Source: Clostridia bacterium
GTDB lineage: Bacteria > Bacillota > Clostridia > CAKSNL01 > HGM11501
DNA length: 64,000 nucleotides
Reading direction: 5' to 3'
Assembly (NCBI GenBank): GCA_045545475.1
Contig: JAZQAZ010000010.1
Coordinates: 32,001 to 96,000 of the forward strand
Shown here: in pieces, positions 57,499-64,000 of the stretch
Numbering within the stretch: the first letter of the stretch is position 1
Layout: each line of letters begins with the position of its first letter
Position numbers and translations under genes: made by a program
The notes under the pieces: generated by a model
The model's input: only the letters and a program-made list of their open reading frames with translations
Told to the model about the DNA's origin: nothing
The model's database searches: none

Positions 57499-58679
57499 GA
57501 CTTTTCGGTTCATCACTTAAAATGGCGTGGGAGAGTATTATCGCCAATAAAATGCGAAGCTTTTTAACCATGCTTGGAATTATAATCGGGGTTGGTGCTG
57601 TTATTATTCTTGTAAGCCTTGTGGAAGGTGTATCTTCTGAGGTTGAAGACAGCTTCAGCGAAATGGGAACAACCAGTGTTATGGTTATGGCAAGGCAGAA
57701 TTTTGCCACACGAAGCTTTGATTATGACGATGTTGAAGATATGGTGTGGGAAAACGCCCAATACATCAACGGCTTTGTGCCATCTGCTTCAACGGCAGCC
57801 ACTTTGCGTAAGGGCGGAAATAACGGCATGACAACAGTTAACTGTGTAAACAGCTATTACTGGACTATGAATAACTTGGATACACAGCTTGGAAGAAAAA
57901 TAAGTGATATTGACTTGTCTAACGATTCTGCGGTTATTGTAATCGGAGAATGGAATGCCATTCAGTATTTCGGCTCTGTCAAAGAAGCGGTAGGGAATGA
58001 AATAAAGGTAAACGGACTGCCCTTCACGGTTGTCGGAGTTTTAGAGAGACAAACAGATGATGTGGTGCAATATGGTGCTGATGACTGTGCCTATATTCCT
58101 TATACAACCGCTGTTAAGAAGCTTAATGTAGGAGCACTTTCCGGTTTTACCTTAGATGCGGCTTCAACAGAGGATGTTGACAGAGTTGTGACAATTGCAA
58201 AAAACTTTATGTATGATATATATAAAGATACCGACAGGTATTCAGTTAACAACATGCAGACAATAATTGATACTCTTGATGAAATGATGGGTATGATGTC
58301 AGGAGTGCTTGGCGGAATAGCAGCGATTTCCCTTTTGGTTGCAGGTATCGGAATTATGAATATAATGCTTGTATCCGTTACTGAAAGAACCAGGGAGATT
58401 GGTATAAGAAAATCAATCGGAGCAAAAAGAAGCAGCATTTTGCTCCAGTTTGTGGTAGAGGCAACAGCGTTAAGCTTTTGCGGCGGTGTTATCGGAGTGG
58501 TATTCGGAATAGTTGTGGCTGTTATAGTCGGAAATATCATAGGCATTACGGCAAAGCCTACACCGGCAATTATTTTATTGGCATTGCTGTTCTCCTGTGC
58601 TGTTGGTCTTTTCTTCGGATTCAATCCGGCAAGAAAAGCATCAAAGCTTAATCCGATAGACGCACTGCGTTCAGAATAA
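57495..58679 (+). CDS. ABC transporter permease (MacB/FtsX-like)
   Basis: RSFLTMLGIIIG, GIGIMNIMLVSVTERTREIGIRK, PIDALR. Confidence 0.93.
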   Translation: MRLFGSSLKMAWESIIANKMRSFLTMLGIIIGVGAVIILVSLVEGVSSEVEDSFSEMGTTSVMVMARQNFATRSFDYDDVEDMVWENAQYINGFVPSASTAATLRKGGNNGMTTVNCVNSYYWTMNNLDTQLGRKISDIDLSNDSAVIVIGEWNAIQYFGSVKEAVGNEIKVNGLPFTVVGVLERQTDDVVQYGADDCAYIPYTTAVKKLNVGALSGFTLDAASTEDVDRVVTIAKNFMYDIYKDTDRYSVNNMQTIIDTLDEMMGMMSGVLGGIAAISLLVAGIGIMNIMLVSVTERTREIGIRKSIGAKRSSILLQFVVEATALSFCGGVIGVVFGIVVAVIVGNIIGITAKPTPAIILLALLFSCAVGLFFGFNPARKASKLNPIDALRSE

Positions 58680-58693
58680 TTCAATGGAAAGGA

Positions 58694-61423
58694 ATGACTG
58701 AGATGATAAAAAGAATATTATGTATATCGCTTTGCTTTGTTTTTCTTTTGCCTATTGCTACAGAAGCTGAGTTTTATGACGTTGAAAGCGATAGCGTATA
58801 TGCCGAGGCAATTGAGCGTCTCTCGGAAGCAGGGATTTTATCAGGATATGGAGATGGGAGCTTCGGAAGCAAGGATCCTTTGACAAGGGCACAATTTGCA
58901 AAAATTGTTGTTACAATGTCCGGAAATGAGGATGCGGCAAAGTCTAAAAATACCGAAGCCTTTACTGATGTGGATAAGAATCATTGGGCAATAGGGTATA
59001 TAAACGAGGCTGCTAATCTCGGACTTATAACAGGTTATCCCGACGGAAGCTTCGGGGCAGATGAAAAAATTACCTATGCTCAGGCTATTACTGTGGTAAT
59101 AAGAATGCTTGGGTATACTGAGGAAGAAGTAGGAAAAAACTGGCCGACAGATTATATAAATAAAGCCTCAGAGCTTGGACTTACGGATAAGCTTACCTTC
59201 GGGAGAAATGAGTTTATTACCCGTGAAGTGGCTGCATATATTATATATAATTCCCTTTCTGCAAAGGAAGGAACGGGAAACAAAGTTTCGAAGCTTACCA
59301 AGTTTGAAGACGTAATTGTCTACGGCGTAAATTCCGTAAATTCCGGTATAGCAGAGGACGAAGTTGCAACCAGCGGAGGAACTTTTAAGAAGGGAACTGC
59401 ATACAAAGACGAATATCTTGGGAAGAAAGTTACATTAAGGGTAAATTCGGACAACGAAATTGTAATGGTAATTCCGGAAAAGCAGGAAGCAAAGGTTTAT
59501 ACCGTGATTGCAGGATACCCCGATGAAATAGAAACCATTGAAAACGGAAGTGTAAAGATTGATTCCGGAAGCAATGTGTATTACAAAGGGGCGAAAGTTT
59601 CATATGCCTCCGTTAACTCCTCTCTTGCGGCGGGAAGCAAGGTTTATATTTACGGTGACTATATCTACATTGACAGCAGCGAAAAGAGCGATAAGGAAAA
59701 AGAAGATGTAGACTACAGTGCACTGCAGGATTCTTTCGGAGAGGTAATAACCAAGGTTGAAGATGTAATTATTTACGGTGTAAATTCCATAAATTCCGGA
59801 ATAGCGGAGGATGAAGTTGTAACAAGTGGAGGAACTTTCAAAAAGGGAACTGCATATAAAGACGAATATCTCGGAAAGAAAGTTACATTAAGGGTAAATT
59901 CGGATAAAGAAATAGTTTTTGTAACACCTTCCAAAACCGAAAGTACGGCTTATACTCTTATTTCTGCATCAAATGATAAAATCGAAACAAAGGAAAAAGG
60001 CTTTTCTGAAATAGACGGAAATATTACGGCTTATTACAAGGGAGTAAAGTCAACGTACGAGGCACTCTACACATCTTTTACCCAGGGCAGCAAAATTTAT
60101 ATTTATGACGATTATATTTATGTAGAAGAAAACAAGCTTAAAGGTCCTTACACCGTGACTAGGGATTACAGTCAGGTGTCGGAATTTTTCGGAAATGTTG
60201 AAAATGCCACCGTTACGGTTGACGGAGAAGCAGCAAAGCTTTCTGATATAAAGCGTTATGATGTGGTTTACTACAATGATGTAACTGAAAGACTCTATGT
60301 ATATACTGATCGTGTTACAGGAATTTATGAAAAGGCTATTCCGGCAAAGGAAAATATTACAGGATTGGTGCTTTCCGGCACAACATATTCTTCCATAAGC
60401 GTGGACGCTAAAAAGAAGCTTGACGATACAGAAGGTTCGTTTAAGATAAATGATAGAATAACCCTTCTTTTTGGCCGTGACGGCTCTGTAGTTGATGTTG
60501 TTGACATTGACGGAAGAACATTAAGCGACATGGGAATTCTGCTTAAAGCATATTCTGCAATATCAGCAGAAGAAGATACAAAGGGCAAGAAAGAGTTTTT
60601 TGCAGATATTATGCTGGCAACAGGAACAAGCGTGACATACAAGACGGACATAGAGTATACAGATAAAGATTATAAACAATATACAGGAAAGTTTGTTTAT
60701 ATTAAAAATCTCAATAACGGAACCGTTAAAATAGAACTTGCGGCGGAAAATAAACTTACAGGTACCTTTGATAAGAGCGTTCCTTCCTATGCGGGACACA
60801 GTTTCCAGCAAAATTATTCAATCCTTGAATTGGTGTATTCGGAAAAGTATGATGAAGCCATAGTAAGAAAAGTTAATCTGAGAGATATCTCCGTATCAGA
60901 TCTAGATGCAAAGGAAATAATTCACGTTGAATATGCCAACGATATGGAAGATATAGCTGTTATTTATGTGAATAACGTAACTTATGACGGCTATACTTTC
61001 GGAGTGCTTAATAAGGCTTTGCGTGATGAAGAGTCAAATTATAACTATGAGCTTAAGTCCTTCTCGGGGGTTACCAATTATTCGGGAACTGCAGGTTGGT
61101 CATTTGTAAAAGGTGAAGCAGTAATGGTATTGCTAAAAGACGGAAAAATAAAGGAAATTTATGAACTTCCGGAAATTGCTTCGGTTGCAAAAATTGATAG
61201 TTTTACAGATACTAAAATAAAAGTTAACGGAAAAGTTTATGCAATGGATGAAGATGTTTCCGTAGTGTATAAAAGTATCGGAGATTCTGACTGGAACATG
61301 ACGATGCTTGAAGATCTTTCGGATAATCTGGAATCGGGGACATGGAAGGCAAATGTAATAAATGTCTATGCGGATAGGGTTACTAACGGAAAGGTAAGAG
61401 TAATCAGAGTTACCTTGAAATGA
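58694..61423 (+). CDS. S-layer homology (SLH) domain protein with internal duplication
   Basis: Signal peptide, three SLH motifs (GYGDGSF..LTRAQF, GYPDGSF..ITYAQA, ITREVAA). Confidence 0.88.
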   Translation: MTEMIKRILCISLCFVFLLPIATEAEFYDVESDSVYAEAIERLSEAGILSGYGDGSFGSKDPLTRAQFAKIVVTMSGNEDAAKSKNTEAFTDVDKNHWAIGYINEAANLGLITGYPDGSFGADEKITYAQAITVVIRMLGYTEEEVGKNWPTDYINKASELGLTDKLTFGRNEFITREVAAYIIYNSLSAKEGTGNKVSKLTKFEDVIVYGVNSVNSGIAEDEVATSGGTFKKGTAYKDEYLGKKVTLRVNSDNEIVMVIPEKQEAKVYTVIAGYPDEIETIENGSVKIDSGSNVYYKGAKVSYASVNSSLAAGSKVYIYGDYIYIDSSEKSDKEKEDVDYSALQDSFGEVITKVEDVIIYGVNSINSGIAEDEVVTSGGTFKKGTAYKDEYLGKKVTLRVNSDKEIVFVTPSKTESTAYTLISASNDKIETKEKGFSEIDGNITAYYKGVKSTYEALYTSFTQGSKIYIYDDYIYVEENKLKGPYTVTRDYSQVSEFFGNVENATVTVDGEAAKLSDIKRYDVVYYNDVTERLYVYTDRVTGIYEKAIPAKENITGLVLSGTTYSSISVDAKKKLDDTEGSFKINDRITLLFGRDGSVVDVVDIDGRTLSDMGILLKAYSAISAEEDTKGKKEFFADIMLATGTSVTYKTDIEYTDKDYKQYTGKFVYIKNLNNGTVKIELAAENKLTGTFDKSVPSYAGHSFQQNYSILELVYSEKYDEAIVRKVNLRDISVSDLDAKEIIHVEYANDMEDIAVIYVNNVTYDGYTFGVLNKALRDEESNYNYELKSFSGVTNYSGTAGWSFVKGEAVMVLLKDGKIKEIYELPEIASVAKIDSFTDTKIKVNGKVYAMDEDVSVVYKSIGDSDWNMTMLEDLSDNLESGTWKANVINVYADRVTNGKVRVIRVTLK
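59297..60125 (+). repeat. intragenic domain duplication, 453-bp period
   Basis: TK(F/V)EDVI.YGVNS.NSGIAEDEV.TSGGTFKKGTAYKDEYLGKKVTLRVNSD starts at 59297 and 59750. Confidence 0.85.
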
Positions 61424-61829
61424 TTAATAAACCGTGAGGCAGTGCCTCACGGTTTATTTTAAGGATGCGAATTATAGACTTTTCTTTTGTTTTTTCCAGC
61501 ATAGTTCTTATGCCGGAGGCTGATGCCAGAGCCTCGGATTTATCTTCTGTCTTTATGAAACTCAAAAGCTTTTCGCATTCTGTGAAAGCATCATCAATCA
61601 AAGCTCTGTCTGTTACATAGTAAAGGAGTGTGGACTTTTCCTTAAGTTCCTTTTTGAAAGTCCTTGAAATTTCACCTGCTAATATAAAGTCTTCGCTTTC
61701 TATAGCAGTTTCGATTTTATAAATTTCGGAAGAAAGATAAGAAAATGTTCCTTCAATATAAAATGTGTAAATACAAAGAAGAATGATTAAACAAAGTATA
61801 ATAATTAATGCACTTAAAAATCCTTTCAT
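61410..61829 (-). CDS. DUF4363-like small protein
   Basis: N-terminal TM plus helical body; usual partner downstream of DUF421. Confidence 0.65.
   Translation of the reverse strand: MKGFLSALIIILCLIILLCIYTFYIEGTFSYLSSEIYKIETAIESEDFILAGEISRTFKKELKEKSTLLYYVTDRALIDDAFTECEKLLSFIKTEDKSEALASASGIRTMLEKTKEKSIIRILKINREALPHGLLIISR
61426..61458. terminator. terminator hairpin between convergent genes
   Basis: AATAAACCGTGAGGC-AGT-GCCTCACGGTTTATT. Confidence 0.8.
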
Positions 61830-62500
61830 TTTAAGCCTCGCTTCTGTATGTGTAAGTCGTTTCCGGATGCTGCTGCATAAAATATTTCGGATATGCTTTT
61901 AACGCCTTGCTTCTTGAGCATGGAATAAAGCCATTTTTCATCATGGCCTAGGCCTTTTAAACTATCGATTAAAAGCTCTCCGTCTGAAATTACCGTAATC
62001 ATAAGCTTGGAATCAGGAACGCATAAATTAAGATCTTCGGGAGTCAAAGGCCGTTTGCTGGCAACAGGTATAATATTAAGAGCACCGGTGGTTTCCAAAA
62101 CTGCATATTCCACATCTCTTATGTCGGGATAACCAGCAGTTCTTAGTTCTTCGGTAAGGTCAGATATGCTGTAGCGCATTTTCTGGAGTTCTGTTTCGGA
62201 AATAATTCCGTGACTTATCAATATGCATGGCCTTCCCGTAAGGGCGTCTCGCATTTTGCGGCTTTTAAGCGATATGAAAGAAAGTATAACCTCCATGCAC
62301 ATTAAAGTGGCTATGGGGATAAGTCCGCTTAAAAGAGGCTGATTCATGTCCTGCATCGGAATTGAAGCAAGGTCAGAAATGGCGATTGATACCACAAGCT
62401 CACTGGGTTGAAGTTCTCCGACTTGCTTTTTTCCCATAAGCCTCATGGCAAAAATCATCGAAAAATAGAGTATAACAGTCCTGAAAAATAAAGTTACCAT
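61826..62500 (-). CDS. DUF421 (YetF/YrbG-like) membrane protein
   Basis: RLMGKKQVGELQPSELV, AVLETTG. Confidence 0.88.
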   Translation of the reverse strand: MVTLFFRTVILYFSMIFAMRLMGKKQVGELQPSELVVSIAISDLASIPMQDMNQPLLSGLIPIATLMCMEVILSFISLKSRKMRDALTGRPCILISHGIISETELQKMRYSISDLTEELRTAGYPDIRDVEYAVLETTGALNIIPVASKRPLTPEDLNLCVPDSKLMITVISDGELLIDSLKGLGHDEKWLYSMLKKQGVKSISEIFYAAASGNDLHIQKRGLK

Positions 62501-62579
62501 TTAATCACCGGATTTATTATTGGTAGATTTTTAAAAACTATTTAATTTTCAGAAAGTAAAAAATGGAAGGGGAGATTCG

Positions 62580-62608
62580 TTGACATTTTGACAAAATTCG
62601 TGTATAAT
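62580..62608 (+). promoter_or_regulatory. sigma-A promoter of the amidase gene
   Basis: TTGACA-N17-TATAAT. Confidence 0.75.
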
Positions 62609-62646
62609 ATTACAAGAGAAAATAGCAACAATCGGTGGGAAATAAA

Positions 62647-64000
62647 ATGAAAAAACTATTTATAATGATATTGGCAATTATTTTGCTTTTAAATTCTTTT
62701 TATATCTATGCAGATAGCGAAATTACACTTTATCTCGACGGTGAAAAGATAGATTGTGATCCTGCTCCTGTAATTGTAAATAACCGCACCATGATTCCTG
62801 TGAGAGCTGTTTATGAAAAAATGGGTGCAAAGGTTTCATGGGACGATGAAACCAGAACGGTTACCGTAACGTATAAAGATATAAAAATTGAAATGAAAAT
62901 CGGCTCGGATGTGGCTACCGTAAACGGTATAGGCATGAAGCTTGATTCGCCTGCAATTATAAAAAATGACAGAACTATGATACCGTTAAGGTTCGTGGGT
63001 GAAGCCGTAGGGTCCTATGTGCTGTGGGAAGATAAGACGAGAAGCGTACATATAACATCGCCTGAGGAGGTTCCGTTGGTTATAATAGAAAATGTGGTCT
63101 TCAGAAAAAAAGCAGACCACGATTCGCTGACAATGACTTCATCTGGTAAAGCTGCTGTAAGGATAATGAAACTTAAGGAACCGGACAGGCTAGTCTTTGA
63201 TATACAAAATTCTTCTCTTGCAGTTAAAAATGCAAGTTATGAAGGCGGTGCGGTATCTGTATTACGCTACGGAGGACACGATAATTTTGTCAGGATAGTG
63301 GCAGAGAATCCGAAAACTCCAAGATACATATTTACTGACGTAAACGGTGTAACTGAACTTAAGCTTTATGGCGAAAAAGGAAATTTCGACTATCTCGGAA
63401 TGTCGGAATATCGCCTTATATTCAAAGAAGGCAGTTATATAAGCTATAAAGAAAAAAGCGGAATGAAGCTTAAGTTTACTTCCAATGAGAAGCTTATCGA
63501 TGAGGTATATAAAATTGGTGACGAGCTTATAGATACTGTGACTACCGAAAACGGAGAGATAACCGTAAGCCTGAAAAAGGCGGCAGACTTTACCATAACG
63601 GAGAACACGGTGGTTTTCTCGGTGAAAGAAGAAGTTAAAAACGAGGTAGATAATGAAACCGGAATCGTTGTTCTTGATGCAGGACATGGCGGAAAGGACC
63701 CTGGAAGCTTGGGATATGACGAAGACGGAAAGACGATTCTGGCAACAGAAAAGGACATGAACCTTACAATAACCCTTATGGTGTATGAAATGCTTATGAA
63801 TCAGGGGGTTAATGTTATCCTGACAAGAAAGGACGACACCTATATCGGATTGGTTGAAAGAGCTGAAATTGCAAACAAGCATAAAGCGGAGCTTTTTGTT
63901 TCGATTCATAATAACAGCATTCCGGATCCTGAATATAAAGGCTCCATGGTTCTTTACAGCCTTAAGAGTAAAGGCGGAAGGACATTGGCATCAAATATAC
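62647..64000 (+). CDS. N-acetylmuramoyl-L-alanine amidase (Amidase_3) with copper-amine-oxidase-N-like stalk domain; runs off the right edge
   Basis: Read from DNA (absent from the ORF track): signal peptide MKKLFIMIL, NRTMIPVR..GAKVSWD, PDRLVFD, VVLDAGHGGKDPG, EKDMNL, LTRKDD, FVSIHNN. Confidence 0.9.
   Translation, partial: MKKLFIMILAIILLLNSFYIYADSEITLYLDGEKIDCDPAPVIVNNRTMIPVRAVYEKMGAKVSWDDETRTVTVTYKDIKIEMKIGSDVATVNGIGMKLDSPAIIKNDRTMIPLRFVGEAVGSYVLWEDKTRSVHITSPEEVPLVIIENVVFRKKADHDSLTMTSSGKAAVRIMKLKEPDRLVFDIQNSSLAVKNASYEGGAVSVLRYGGHDNFVRIVAENPKTPRYIFTDVNGVTELKLYGEKGNFDYLGMSEYRLIFKEGSYISYKEKSGMKLKFTSNEKLIDEVYKIGDELIDTVTTENGEITVSLKKAADFTITENTVVFSVKEEVKNEVDNETGIVVLDAGHGGKDPGSLGYDEDGKTILATEKDMNLTITLMVYEMLMNQGVNVILTRKDDTYIGLVERAEIANKHKAELFVSIHNNSIPDPEYKGSMVLYSLKSKGGRTLASNI

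Noticed and set aside
3499-62500. Many 60-230 aa ORFs overlapping long genes on the opposite strand or in other frames
   Set aside because: No RBS or motifs and fully nested in well-supported genes; treated as shadow ORFs
63262-63909. 215-aa minus-strand ORF in the track
   Set aside because: Antisense shadow of the plus-strand amidase, which the track missed because it runs off the window

Overview
64 kb of a low-GC Bacillota (Clostridia, probably an Oscillospiraceae/Ruminococcaceae-like gut lineage) chromosome. The backbone is housekeeping: addAB, folA-thyA, asd-dapA-dapB, pflA-pflB under a ZTP riboswitch, ecfA1A2T-truA, THF riboswitch-folT, pncB, a MacAB-like exporter, an SLH protein and a cell-wall amidase. 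Three accessory parts stand out. (1) At the left edge, the end of a mobile element (serine resolvase with a three-site res region) appears to cut a sporulation-type polysaccharide deacetylase gene. (2) A co-oriented ~17 kb island (14.75-31.9 kb) joins a TerY-P triad (kinase, vWA, PP2C), a transglutaminase-like protein, a soluble EssC/FtsK-like ATPase, four WXG100-like helical hairpins (three with an LGVY turn, one of them fused to a papain-like peptidase), a radical SAM/SPASM enzyme resembling Tyr-Gly 'spliceases' followed by two paralogous proteins ending in xYG motifs, and three proteins sharing an unnamed N-terminal domain with different C-termini. This island is the best candidate for an undescribed system. 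(3) A tandem-TIR/Sel1/TPR gene sits at 36-38.7 kb. All calls come from reading motifs by eye; no database searches were run.
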